In this document: piece by piece, positions 1 through 9,390 of the stretch | Layout: every line of letters starts with the position of its first letter | Position numbering within the stretch: the stretch's first letter is position 1 | Assembly (NCBI GenBank): GCA_963826115.1 | Contig: CAWGVS010000012.1 | Coordinates: 448,001-512,000 of the forward strand | Origin: an uncultured Candidatus Rokubacteria bacterium | GTDB taxonomy: Bacteria > Methylomirabilota > Methylomirabilia > Rokubacteriales > DASRDR01 | DNA length: 64,000 nucleotides | Direction: 5' to 3' | Translations under genes and position numbers: made by a program | The notes under the pieces: model-generated | What the model was told of the DNA's origin: nothing | The model's database searches: none | What the model saw: only the letters and a program-made list of their open reading frames with translations

Positions 1-201
1 GGGAAACATCCAGGTCGCGACCCCCATGATCAGCATGAGCATGAAGCCGACCAGGAGCAGGTGCACGTGGGCGGTGACGTGGAGGCGCGGCGGGTAGACG
101 CCGAGCACGAACTCTCCGACCACGATGTAGGCGCCGAGGGCAAGGCCCGCGAGCAGGAAGACGAAGCTGGTCTTGACGTAGCGGCGGATCAGCGGCGGCA
201 C
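1..201 (-). CDS. Small membrane protein, 5' part only (runs off window); resembles haem-copper oxidase subunit I-like/NnrS-like membrane fragments
   Basis: Manual translation from GTG at 201: MPPLIRRYVKTSFVFLLAGLALGAYIVVGEFVLGVYPPRLHVTAHVHLLLVGFMLMLIMGVATWMFP; two hydrophobic helices with AHVHLLLVGF; starts 17 bp after the cyclase stop. Confidence 0.65.
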   Translation of the reverse strand, partial: MPPLIRRYVKTSFVFLLAGLALGAYIVVGEFVLGVYPPRLHVTAHVHLLLVGFMLMLIMGVATWMFP

Positions 202-218
202 GCGCGCGCGGCCCGGTC

Positions 219-1340
219 CTAGGGCTCCGAGAGCTCCTCGATGGCGGCGGTGAAGCGCTGGCGACTCTGCGGGTCGTCGATGTGCGCCGCGAGCCGCTCG
301 TACAGCTCCCGCGTGTTGCTCGCCTGCTTGGCGGCCCGCTTCACGAGCAGCTTGGCGACGGGCCCGATGTGGGTGGCCAGGCGATCCGCCGCCTCGTCGA
401 GCACCGCGGGAGACAGGGGCCGCGCGGGCGCGGCCGCGGCGGCCGGCGCACCCTTCACGACCGGGGCCGCCGCGGGCCGACCCGGGGCGGCCGGGGCCGG
501 CCCCGCGACGTCGCCCATGCGGCGCCGGAACTCGGCGCGCTGCGCCTCGGGCAGGGCGACGTCGAGCTGCTGGCAGAGCGTCGGGAGGTCGGGCGCCGTC
601 TTGGCCGCCTTCCGCACGAGGATCTTCGCGAGCGGGCCCAGGCCGTCCGCGAGCGCCCCCTCGAGCCGCGCCAGCACCGCGGAATCGAAGCGCGCGCCGC
701 CCTCGATCGGCAGGAACTCCGTGCTCTCCACCCGGCCGGGCGGGCCGCCCGCCGCCGCCGCGGCGGCCTGCTCCGCGGCCGGAGCCGTCGCCCCCTCGCC
801 GCCCGCCGTCATGATGTACACCTCGTGCTCCCGGACGTGCTTGTCCCGGTGGACGCCCACGTACTGGAAGAGCCGCGTGTACTCCTGCGACAGCCGGGAG
901 ACGATCTCGTAGTAGGAGCGCGAGACCAGGATCTGGTTCGGCTGGGCGAAGCTCATCACCCGCTGGGCGACGTTGATCCCGTCCCCCAGCATGTTCGGCT
1001 GGCCGTTGACGTCCTTGACGATCCGGAGGGGGCCGAGATTGATGCCGATGCGCAGGGCCAGCTCCGGCCCCACCGCGATCGTGCCCGCCCGCAGGTTGCT
1101 CGCCGTGAACAGCGCGTCCTCGGGATCCCCGAGGAAGCAGATGGCCGCGCCGTCACCGGTGTCGAGCATCATCCGGTCGGTGGCCGGAACGTTCTGGAGC
1201 ACGTTCGCGACCAGACCATTGAGCCGGGTCTTCAGCTCGACCTGCTGCGTGACCAGACGCTCGGAGTACCCGACGATGTCGATGAAGACCACCGTCGCGA
1301 TGAACGTCCGTTGTCCGGCTTCGGGCGGTCCTTGCTCCAC
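219..1340 (-). CDS. Class III adenylate/guanylate cyclase-domain protein with two C-terminal helical repeats
   Basis: VVFIDIVGYS, TGDG, LRIGINLGP and GDGINVAQRV motifs; C-terminal duplicated LA..LGP.AK.LV..AAK domain. Confidence 0.9.
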   Translation of the reverse strand: MEQGPPEAGQRTFIATVVFIDIVGYSERLVTQQVELKTRLNGLVANVLQNVPATDRMMLDTGDGAAICFLGDPEDALFTASNLRAGTIAVGPELALRIGINLGPLRIVKDVNGQPNMLGDGINVAQRVMSFAQPNQILVSRSYYEIVSRLSQEYTRLFQYVGVHRDKHVREHEVYIMTAGGEGATAPAAEQAAAAAAGGPPGRVESTEFLPIEGGARFDSAVLARLEGALADGLGPLAKILVRKAAKTAPDLPTLCQQLDVALPEAQRAEFRRRMGDVAGPAPAAPGRPAAAPVVKGAPAAAAAPARPLSPAVLDEAADRLATHIGPVAKLLVKRAAKQASNTRELYERLAAHIDDPQSRQRFTAAIEELSEP

Positions 1341-1347
1341 GCGCGCC

Positions 1348-2220
1348 TCAGCTCTCGATCATCTGCATCGCCTTCTGGAGGCTCCGGCGCATGCGGTTGA
1401 ACGCGCGGCCCAGGAGCGCGATCTCGTCCCGACCCCGCTCCGGGAACTCCGGGATCTCGAAGTTGCCGGTGCTGACCTGGTCGGCCGCGTGCGACAGCTG
1501 GGCCACCGGGCGCACGATCATCCAGTTCAGCATCACGTTGAGCGCGATGAAGACGAGCGCGAACACGGCGACCAGCGAGCCCATGAAGGTGTAGAAGGCG
1601 CGCTGCGCGTTCTGGAGCGGCAGCGCCATCGGCACCGACACGACCTGCGCGCCCACGACCTCGTTGAGCTTCCACCCGAACCCGTTCGCCGACCCGTAGA
1701 GCTTGACCATGGTCGCCGGCGCCGCATCGGGCGTGCTGTGGCAGCCAAGGCACGCGGGGTTGCCGATCTGGATGGGCCGCGCGATGTAGAGGGCCCGCCC
1801 CGTCGGCGTGTCACGCTCGCCGCCGAGCTCCTTCACCGTCGGGCGGTTCCGGAACTCCTGCACGATGTCCGATTCCCAGTCGGCGGCCCGGTTGCGCGGG
1901 TTCGTCGGGTTGAGGGTCGCCTCCTTGTAGAAGTAGTCGGGGTACTTCTTGCGGAGCTCCCCCATCGTCTCCGCCGCGGCGTAGGCCGGCACGGTCTGCG
2001 GCAGGAAGGAGCGCATCAGCTGCATCTCGAGGTGCGGCCGCACCTGGGTGATCGTGTAGCCGCGCACGGCGAGCGCGGCCTCCATCATGAGGCTGGCGTT
2101 CCGGGCGACTTCCTCCCGCGCGTTGCGGATCAGGATCTCGCGCGAGATCCACCCCGCGACGCCCAGGCCCACGAGGAACACCAGCAGCAGGACCAGGTTG
2201 AACTTCAGACGCAGCCCCAT
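1348..2220 (-). CDS. Membrane sensor: periplasmic c-type haem domain (DUF3365/Tll0287-like) plus HAMP, no output domain
   Basis: Two TM segments, NPTNPRN and CLGCH (CxxCH) motifs, C-terminal HAMP (RPVAQLS...DEIALLGRAFNRM); RBS GGGGAGG. Confidence 0.88.
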   Translation of the reverse strand: MGLRLKFNLVLLLVFLVGLGVAGWISREILIRNAREEVARNASLMMEAALAVRGYTITQVRPHLEMQLMRSFLPQTVPAYAAAETMGELRKKYPDYFYKEATLNPTNPRNRAADWESDIVQEFRNRPTVKELGGERDTPTGRALYIARPIQIGNPACLGCHSTPDAAPATMVKLYGSANGFGWKLNEVVGAQVVSVPMALPLQNAQRAFYTFMGSLVAVFALVFIALNVMLNWMIVRPVAQLSHAADQVSTGNFEIPEFPERGRDEIALLGRAFNRMRRSLQKAMQMIES

Positions 2221-2247
2221 GTCGTCCTCCCCGGCGTCCCCGCTGTC

Positions 2248-2760
2248 CTAGCGACAGCCGGCCAGCTCGCCGTAGGCCTTGGTGAAGCCGATCAGGCTGA
2301 AGGTCACCGCGTGAGTCCCCGTCGGGGGCCACTCCGGCCAGAACCGGAGCTGCACGCGCAGCCGGGAGCCGGCCTTGAACAGCGGGACCAGCTGCCCGTA
2401 CTTCGTGTCGAACTGTGCAGTCTTCGTGCCAGCCAGCCGGTCCATCGGGACCAGCGGCTCTTGATCGACAATCAGGCCGATATCCGAGAAGCTACCGTCG
2501 AGATTCGACGCGGACGTGATCGTCACGGACCGGGCGTCGATCGTGAGGTATGCCGTCGTGTCCTGGTAGCCGTCCGAGAGTGACTGCCGGGTTGACTCCA
2601 TGACGCAGCGTGTCCCAGGACCGTCCGCCCGTGGCACGGTCTTCATCACCCATTCCTCGGCGCCGGCCGGCGCCCCCGCCAGGACCAGGGCGAGCGCCAC
2701 CCCCAGGACGACACGGCATCCAGGACTTCGAGGACTCCCGTGGATCGACATCCGGCCCAA
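2248..2760 (-). CDS. Exported hypothetical protein (IalB-like fold possible)
   Basis: Signal peptide (ALALVLAGAPAGA), C-terminal FSLIGFTKAY..L..C; start could be ATG at 2751. Confidence 0.7.
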   Translation of the reverse strand: MGRMSIHGSPRSPGCRVVLGVALALVLAGAPAGAEEWVMKTVPRADGPGTRCVMESTRQSLSDGYQDTTAYLTIDARSVTITSASNLDGSFSDIGLIVDQEPLVPMDRLAGTKTAQFDTKYGQLVPLFKAGSRLRVQLRFWPEWPPTGTHAVTFSLIGFTKAYGELAGCR

Positions 2761-2841
2761 CCTGTTTGCCTAGTGTAGGAGACGCGCGGTCCGGGCGGAA
2801 CGGGTTTTTCGCCGGCCGTCCGTGGCCCCGCAGCCGGCCTG

Positions 2842-2847
2842 TACAAT
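2842..2847 (+). promoter_or_regulatory. Putative -10 box (TACAAT) of a leaderless transcript
   Basis: TACAAT 6 nt upstream of GTG at 2854, no SD. Confidence 0.5.
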
Positions 2848-2853
2848 GGCCCG

Positions 2854-3687
2854 GTGGCGCGACGGCCCCCGGGCGTGACCTGCCTGGCGTGCGGGGGCCG
2901 CTTCCCGGCCTTCGCCCGCTACGTCGCCCGCGCCGGGGTGAGGACGCGGCCGGGCCTCTGCCCCGGCTGCGGCGCGAAGCCGCGGCACCGCGCCCTCCTG
3001 ATCTTCCTGCGCCGGTTCGTCCGACCCGGCCTCCGCGCGCGGAGCGAGATCCTCGACATCGGCCCCTCCCGGCCCGCCACGCAGATCGTGCCGGTCCGCC
3101 GCGTCATCGGATCGGCCCGCTACACGGCGGTGGACCTCGATCGCCGCCCGCACCACGCCCGGCTGCGGCCGCCCCATCGTTTCCGCCGCATGGACGCCAC
3201 CCGCCTCGGGTTCCGACCGGGAACGTTCGACGTGGTCCTCTGCAACAACGTGCTCCCGTTCGCGACGAACGACCGGGGAATCCTCCGGGAGATCCGGCGG
3301 TGCCTCAAGCCCGAGGGGATCGCGACGGTGGACGTCGACGTGCAGGTCGGGCACACGACGGCCGCCGCCGCGCTGCGCCGCCGCGATCCCGCGCGCTACA
3401 CGGCCGCCTACGTGGCGGCCAACGGCTCCCACCGCTTCTACGGGCGCGACTTCCCCGCACGCCTGGCTCGGGCGGGGCTCACCGCGCTCCGGTTCGATCC
3501 CCTGCGCGGCCTCGGCCCGGCCTTCCGGCGCGCGCACGGGCTCAAGGCGGACGCCCGTATCTACCTCGCCTTCCGGAGTCCAGCCGCGGCGGCGGCATTC
3601 GCTCGCGCCGCGCGTGAACGTCAGCGCACCTTCTTCAGCTTCCCGGTCACCGTCCGCAGCACCTCGCCGTCCCGGACGCGGGAGTAG
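2854..3687 (+). CDS. Class I SAM-dependent methyltransferase with N-terminal CxxC..CxxC
   Basis: CLACG...CPGCGAKPRHR, ILDIGP, MDATRLGFRPGTFDVVLCNNVL, EIRRCLKPEG; 3' end overlaps convergent gene by 67 bp. Confidence 0.82.
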   Translation: MARRPPGVTCLACGGRFPAFARYVARAGVRTRPGLCPGCGAKPRHRALLIFLRRFVRPGLRARSEILDIGPSRPATQIVPVRRVIGSARYTAVDLDRRPHHARLRPPHRFRRMDATRLGFRPGTFDVVLCNNVLPFATNDRGILREIRRCLKPEGIATVDVDVQVGHTTAAAALRRRDPARYTAAYVAANGSHRFYGRDFPARLARAGLTALRFDPLRGLGPAFRRAHGLKADARIYLAFRSPAAAAAFARAARERQRTFFSFPVTVRSTSPSRTRE

Positions 3688-4172
3688 CGGAGATCCAGCC
3701 CGCCGGGCACGAGGGTGTACTCGTAGGTCTGCATCTCGTAGCCGCCGGTCTCCGTCACGAACAGGGCGTATCGCCAGAACTTGTCGCCCTCACGTCGGGC
3801 CCACATGTACGGGTCGCCGGCCAGCGGATCCAGCGGCACCGAGTTGCCGAACACGTCGGTGCGCATGCCGGAGCTGTAGATGTTCGGGCGCTTGCTTGGG
3901 AGGAACGTGATCGTGTACTCGTCGCGCTTCGGCTTGTCCTTCCCGCGCTTGAGCACCACCGTGAACTTCACCTTGAAGCCCTTGCCCTGGGGGCTGACCT
4001 CGGCGCTGATGTCCCGCTTGTCGAGCTCGTCGCCGCTCTCGGAGACCGCCTCCCCGACGTACGATCCGTAGAACCGCTCGATCCCGTCGCCCTGCGCCGC
4101 CGCGGTGCCCGCGGCGAGCAAGACAACACCGGCGAGAACCGCCAGCCATCCCGGGTACGGTCGTCGACGCAT
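3621..4172 (-). CDS. Exported hypothetical protein
   Basis: ATG at 4172 with GGAGGG RBS; signal peptide; normal composition (DPLAGDPYMWAR). Confidence 0.78.
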   Translation of the reverse strand: MRRRPYPGWLAVLAGVVLLAAGTAAAQGDGIERFYGSYVGEAVSESGDELDKRDISAEVSPQGKGFKVKFTVVLKRGKDKPKRDEYTITFLPSKRPNIYSSGMRTDVFGNSVPLDPLAGDPYMWARREGDKFWRYALFVTETGGYEMQTYEYTLVPGGLDLRYSRVRDGEVLRTVTGKLKKVR

Positions 4173-4363
4173 CGGTGCCCTCCAGGTCCGGGGGTCCTGC
4201 CGCGCGATCCCCGGCCACGCTAGCCCGGCGGACCGACGTCCGTACACTACCATGCCCCCGCAAGCGGCCGGCGGCGCCTTGCGTGGCGCGGGGAGCCCGC
4301 GCTACGCTGCCGGTGAAACGACACGGGCCGGCGGGCGCCGGCCACCCTCGGAGGGACCTCCCC

Positions 4364-6274
4364 ATGCGGATCGGCCGCCGCTGGCTCGGGATCGGAGTCG
4401 CGCTCACGCTCGGGTTCGCGCTCGGCTCGGGCGCCTTCGGGGCGCCCGGCCGGGAGGCGCCCGTGCTGGCCAAGCTCGTGGCGGCGGGCAAGCTGCCGCC
4501 GCTCGCCCAGCGGCTGCCGGAGCGGCCGCGCGTCCTCGCCACCGACGCCGACGCAGTGTACGGCGGCGACCTCCGCATGCTCATCGGCACCCTCAAGGAC
4601 ACGAAGCTCGCGTTCGTCTACGGCTACGCGCGCCTCGTGGGCTGGGACCGGAACTTCCGCCTCGTGCCCGACATCGTCGAGCGGTACGACGTCGAGGACG
4701 GCGGCCGGACCTTCACGTTCCGTCTGCGGCCGGGCCACCGCTGGTCGGACGGCGCGCCCTTCACGAGCGCCGACTTCGCGTACTGGTGGACCAACGTCGC
4801 GAACGACGACGAGCTCTCGCCGGGCGGCCCCCCGGCCACGCTCCGGGTCGACGGCGAGATGCCGAAGATGACGTTCCCCGACCCGCTGACGGTGCGGCTC
4901 CGCTGGTCCAAGCCGAACAACCTCTTCCTCGCGGACCAGGCCAGCGCCTACCCGACCATCATCTACCGGCCCGCGCACTACCTGAAGCAGTTCCACAAGG
5001 CCTTCAACAGCGCGGATGCGCTGAAGAAGCTCGCGCGCGCCGAAGGCCGCCGGAACTGGGCCGCGCTCCACAACAAGAAGGACTCGATGTACCTGATGGA
5101 CAACCCGGACATGCCGACCCTCCAGCCCTGGCGCGCGACCGTCGGGCCGCCCGCGCAGGTCTTCGTGGCGGAGCGCAACGCGTACTTCCACCGCGTGGAC
5201 GAGCAGGGTCGGCAGCTACCCTACATCGACCGCCTCGTGATGCTCCTGGTCGAGCGGGCCGTCATCCCGGTGAAGACGTCGACGGGCGAGGCCGACCTCC
5301 AGGCGCGGTATCTCCCCTTCGACCAGGTGCCCTTCCTCCGGAAGAACGAGCGGCTCGCCGGCTTCCGCGTCTACCTCTGGAACACCGGGGTGCCGTCCAC
5401 GGTGGCGATCTACCCGAACCTGACGACGAACGACCCGGTCATGCGCAAGCTCTTCCACGACCGGCGCTTCCGGCAGGCCCTCTCCCTCGGCATCAACCGG
5501 CCCGAGATCAACCACGTCCTCTACTACGGCCTCGGCTTGCCGGGGCAGGCCACGGTCCTCCGGAACCCCACGGGTCACGAGGAGCCCCGGATGGCCTACG
5601 CGCGGTTCGACCTCGAGCAGGCCAACCGGCTCCTCGACGAGATGGGGCTCACCGGGCGGGACAGCCGCGGGTTCCGGCTCCGCCCGGACGGGCAGCGCCT
5701 CGACCTCATCGTGGAGACGTCGGGGGACGACACGGAGCACACGGACGTGCTGGAGCTCGTCAAGGACACGTGGGCCGAGCTGGGGGTCGAGCTCCTCATC
5801 CGCCCGAGCCAGCTGGAAGTGTTCCGGCGTCGCGTCTTCTCGGGCGAGGCCATCATGAGCGCCTACAACGGGAACTCCGGCTTCGGCCTCCCCACCCCGG
5901 ACATGAGCCCGGACTGGCTCGCGCCGGTGAGCCAGCAGCAGCTGCAGTGGCCCAGGTGGGGGCAGTACTTCGAGAGCAAGGGGAAGGACGGGGAGGCGCC
6001 GACGCTGCCGGCCGCCCGCCGGCTGGTCGAGCTCTACGAGCGCTGGCTCGTCTCGGGCGACCCCGACGAGAAGGCCCGGGTGTGGGCGGAGATGCTCGAC
6101 ATCAACGCCGAGGAGATCTTCACCATCGGGATCGTGGGCGGGACGCTCCAGCCGATCGTCGTGAAGAACGGCCTCCGCGGGGTGCCGGCCAAGGGCGTCT
6201 ACTCCTGGGAGCCCGGCTCGCACTTCGGGATCTACAACCCCGACACCTTCTGGTGGCAGGGCGGCCACCGCTAG
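4364..6274 (+). CDS. ABC transporter substrate-binding protein, family 5 (peptide/oligosaccharide type)
   Basis: GKLPPLAQRLPERP, LRPGHRWSDGAPFTSADF, ERNAYFHRVD..GRQLPYID, RFRQALSLGINR; ATG at 4364 with GGAGGG RBS. Confidence 0.93.
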   Translation: MRIGRRWLGIGVALTLGFALGSGAFGAPGREAPVLAKLVAAGKLPPLAQRLPERPRVLATDADAVYGGDLRMLIGTLKDTKLAFVYGYARLVGWDRNFRLVPDIVERYDVEDGGRTFTFRLRPGHRWSDGAPFTSADFAYWWTNVANDDELSPGGPPATLRVDGEMPKMTFPDPLTVRLRWSKPNNLFLADQASAYPTIIYRPAHYLKQFHKAFNSADALKKLARAEGRRNWAALHNKKDSMYLMDNPDMPTLQPWRATVGPPAQVFVAERNAYFHRVDEQGRQLPYIDRLVMLLVERAVIPVKTSTGEADLQARYLPFDQVPFLRKNERLAGFRVYLWNTGVPSTVAIYPNLTTNDPVMRKLFHDRRFRQALSLGINRPEINHVLYYGLGLPGQATVLRNPTGHEEPRMAYARFDLEQANRLLDEMGLTGRDSRGFRLRPDGQRLDLIVETSGDDTEHTDVLELVKDTWAELGVELLIRPSQLEVFRRRVFSGEAIMSAYNGNSGFGLPTPDMSPDWLAPVSQQQLQWPRWGQYFESKGKDGEAPTLPAARRLVELYERWLVSGDPDEKARVWAEMLDINAEEIFTIGIVGGTLQPIVVKNGLRGVPAKGVYSWEPGSHFGIYNPDTFWWQGGHR

Positions 6275-6316
6275 GTCCGCCCGCGGCCGGGCCGGCCCCG
6301 CCGAAGCAGCGGTCGG

Positions 6317-6778
6317 CTACGAGTGGCCCGGGCCCTGGTGCTGCTGCAGGAGGGCGCTCGACCGCTCCAGGCGCTGCGCCAGCACGGTCATGACCTGCAG
6401 GCTGATCTCCGGGCTCTGCCGGACCAGATCCAGGAAGACGTCGGCGGAGATCTTGAACGTCACCACGCGGTCGCGGGCCCGCACGGTGGCCGTGCGCCGG
6501 CCCTTGGAGATGACGGCCGTCTCGCCGAAGAGGCTGTTGCGGCCCATGGTGGTCACGATGAAGTCGCGCCCCTCGGCGTCCCGCAGGAGGACCTCGGCCT
6601 CGCCCTCCGTCACGATGTAGACGGCGTCGGCCGGGTCGCCCTGCCGCACGATCACTTCGCCGGGCGTGAACTCGACGACCTCCGCCGTGTAGGCGATCAG
6701 CTTCAGCCGGGCCGTCGGCAGGCCGGCGAAGAGGGGGATCTTCCGGAGGGTCTCGACGTCTCGCTCGAGCGGCTGCAT
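6317..6778 (-). CDS. Stand-alone cyclic nucleotide-binding domain protein
   Basis: LRKIPLFAGL, IVRQGDPADAVY, phosphate-binding cassette FGETAVISKGRRTATVRA; no HTH. Confidence 0.92.
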   Translation of the reverse strand: MQPLERDVETLRKIPLFAGLPTARLKLIAYTAEVVEFTPGEVIVRQGDPADAVYIVTEGEAEVLLRDAEGRDFIVTTMGRNSLFGETAVISKGRRTATVRARDRVVTFKISADVFLDLVRQSPEISLQVMTVLAQRLERSSALLQQHQGPGHS

Positions 6779-6779
6779 G

Positions 6780-9386
6780 TCAGCGTTCTCCCTGGACGTG
6801 CACGCCGGCCTGGACGGCGAGTCGGCGCAGCACGCTGCTCTCGCGGCCGATCAGCTCGCGGTACGCGCCCGTCTCGGCGACGGAGCCGGCGTCCAGCACC
6901 ACGACCCTATCGTACAGGCTGGCGAGGTCCGGGCGCTCCACGGCGGCGATCACGGTCCGGTCCTTCATGACCTCCAGCACGCGCCGGTGCAGCTCCATCC
7001 GCTCGCCCGGCTCGAGTACGGCCAGCGTCCCGTCGAGGATCAGGATGTCGGGCCGCTTGAGCAGGACGCGGGCCAGCGCCACGCGCTGGCGCTGGGGCAG
7101 CGACAGGCGTCCGCCGAAGAGGCCGACGTGGTGGTCGAGCCCGACCTCGAGCACGAGGGGTCGCAGACCCTCCCGCTCCAGGACCTCCTCCACGATGGCG
7201 TTGACCTTCTTCACGGCCAGACTGCTCGTCGCGACCACCTTGCCGAACAGCAGGTTGTCGAGCAGCGACCCGTCGGCGAAGTAGCGCTCGCGGTCGTACG
7301 GTACGAACGACGCCGCCAGGTTGGCGGGAAGCGTCTCGGCGAACCGGAGGCGCGCCGCCAGCACCTTCTCGATGAAGCTCTCGTCGATGCGGCCGAGGCG
7401 GTGCCGGGCCGGGATGAGCCGCAGCGCGAGCCGGACCAGCCGGTCGCGGTCCGCGGGGGCGAGGTCGGCGGGCGCCCCCCGGCCCACCCGGGCCACGACC
7501 TGCGCGTACTCCGGCAGCTCGGTGGCGGTGAGCAGGCTGAAACGCGCGAACAGCTCGTTGTCGGCCGAGATGTCCTTGAAGATCTCGACCATGTCCCGCG
7601 CGACATCGGCGCCGAGCTCGACGAGCGCGCCGTCCAGGCCGACCTCGGCCACCACCGTTCGGAAATGCGGGTGCTGGGCGAGATGCTCGAGGGCCAGCGA
7701 CGCATGCGAGCTGTGGCCGAACAGGATGTTCTCGCCGACCGACGCGTACGAGGAGAACCGCGCCCGGTCGAAGAACTCGACGGCGGTCTCCTGCTGCTCG
7801 CCGGCGAACCGCGCGGCCAGGAGGCGGCGCGTGGCCAGCACCCGCTCGGCCACCTCTGGGTGACGCGCAGGGTCGACCCGCGCGCGCAGGCCGAAGGCGA
7901 AGAGGTCGTCCTCGAAGCCCACGAGCCGCACGGTCTCGAGCGCGACCGCGATGAGCCCCGTCCGGTCCGAGACCTCGAGCGGCGTGAGGTCGAGCCAGTC
8001 CTCGTTGCCCAGCCCCAGCTCGGCCTCGCGGGCGGTCTTGCCGTCCCGCCGGTGCCGGAGACCGTAGAGCAGGTTGTCGAGGACGGTCCCCGTGAAGAGG
8101 CGCGCGTCGGCGGGCACGAAGCCGATGGCCCGCCCGGCCAATCCCGTGCGCAGCTCGGCGAGGTCGCTCCCGTCCAGCAGCACGGTCCCCGTGAAGCCGC
8201 TCAGCTTGGCCAGCACCAGCGCGAGCGTGCTCTTGCCGCTCCCCGACGTCCCCACGAGCGCGACGTGCTCGTGGGCCGAGAGCGAGAGCTGCAGGTGGTC
8301 GAGCGCGTGGGTCCGCCCATCCAGCACGACGCTCGCCTGCCGGAGGTCGTAGGCGCCGTTGAGCGCCGGCGGTCGCTCCGGGAGCGCGTCGTCCCCCGCG
8401 AACTCGTCCCGGAGCCCCGGCGGGTCGAAGTTGGCGATCACCTGCTCGTACTTGACCCGCGCGTTCTCCTTGAGCTGGAAGAAGTTGATGAGCTCACGCC
8501 ACGGCTCGTTGAGCTGGCCGTAGGCCTGGAGGAAGGCCACCAGGATACCGAGGTTGAACGTGTCGGGGTGGTGGATGATCAGCCAGCCGCCGACGAGCAG
8601 CAGCAGGAACTGGCCGAACTTCTCGAGGAAGTTGTTGATCCACTTGATCAGGTACTTGAGGTTGTAGATGTTCAGCCGGATCTTGAAGATCCGCTGCAGC
8701 ATGTGCCGGAACCGGCTCGACTCGTAGGCGGTGGTGTCGTTCGCGTAGATCTCCTGGAGTCCCCCCGCCGCCTCCTGGATGCGGTCGGACAGGCCGCGCA
8801 CCATGCGCACCCGCTCGCGGGACATGGTGGTGACCTTGCGCTGGAGCTGGCGGATGAAGAACATCTGGATCGGGAACAGCACCATGGCGACCATCGCCAT
8901 CCACGGGTTCGCGTAGACCATGAACCCGAAGGTGCCGACGAGCATGGCGCCGTGGAACGCCGGCGTGGAGAGCGCCACGCCGAAGTAGCCCCCGAGGTCC
9001 TCGACCTCGCCGAGGATCATCGCCACCAGCTGGCCGGTCGACGTGCTCTTCAGGTGCGCGAGCGGAAAGCGCAGGATCCGGTTGTAGAGCTCGCCGCGGA
9101 GGTCGCGGAGCATCGTCTCCGAGATGTACCCCTCGAGGTTCTGCTTCACGTACTTCAGGGCCCCGTTGACGATGACGGCGCCCAGGAAGCCGCCGCAGAG
9201 CCACAGGAGGGCGTCGAGGTTCCGCTGTCCGATGGCCTGGTTGATGATCCGCTTCTGGAGGTCGAGCATGAGCGGGTTCAGCGCGAGCCCCAGGACGAAG
9301 CTGATCGCGATCAGGATGAGCTGGGTGCGCAGGCTCCGCTTGACGATGTAGCGGTGGAGGTTGCGGTCCATCGACGGTCCCGGCAT
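6780..9386 (-). CDS. Fused ABC exporter (TMD + NBD) with large NBD insertion and degenerate catalytic motifs
   Basis: N-terminal ABC membrane domain, Walker A GTSGSGKS, signature LSLPQRQR, Walker B ILILDG. Confidence 0.9.
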   Translation of the reverse strand: MPGPSMDRNLHRYIVKRSLRTQLILIAISFVLGLALNPLMLDLQKRIINQAIGQRNLDALLWLCGGFLGAVIVNGALKYVKQNLEGYISETMLRDLRGELYNRILRFPLAHLKSTSTGQLVAMILGEVEDLGGYFGVALSTPAFHGAMLVGTFGFMVYANPWMAMVAMVLFPIQMFFIRQLQRKVTTMSRERVRMVRGLSDRIQEAAGGLQEIYANDTTAYESSRFRHMLQRIFKIRLNIYNLKYLIKWINNFLEKFGQFLLLLVGGWLIIHHPDTFNLGILVAFLQAYGQLNEPWRELINFFQLKENARVKYEQVIANFDPPGLRDEFAGDDALPERPPALNGAYDLRQASVVLDGRTHALDHLQLSLSAHEHVALVGTSGSGKSTLALVLAKLSGFTGTVLLDGSDLAELRTGLAGRAIGFVPADARLFTGTVLDNLLYGLRHRRDGKTAREAELGLGNEDWLDLTPLEVSDRTGLIAVALETVRLVGFEDDLFAFGLRARVDPARHPEVAERVLATRRLLAARFAGEQQETAVEFFDRARFSSYASVGENILFGHSSHASLALEHLAQHPHFRTVVAEVGLDGALVELGADVARDMVEIFKDISADNELFARFSLLTATELPEYAQVVARVGRGAPADLAPADRDRLVRLALRLIPARHRLGRIDESFIEKVLAARLRFAETLPANLAASFVPYDRERYFADGSLLDNLLFGKVVATSSLAVKKVNAIVEEVLEREGLRPLVLEVGLDHHVGLFGGRLSLPQRQRVALARVLLKRPDILILDGTLAVLEPGERMELHRRVLEVMKDRTVIAAVERPDLASLYDRVVVLDAGSVAETGAYRELIGRESSVLRRLAVQAGVHVQGER

Positions 9387-9390
9387 GGGC

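Noticed and set aside
219-6778. Pycsar/CBASS-like defence system (cyclase plus cNMP-binding protein)
   Set aside because: Genes are 5 kb apart in different operons; the cNMP protein has no TM or TIR effector; the cyclase is linked to a haem sensor
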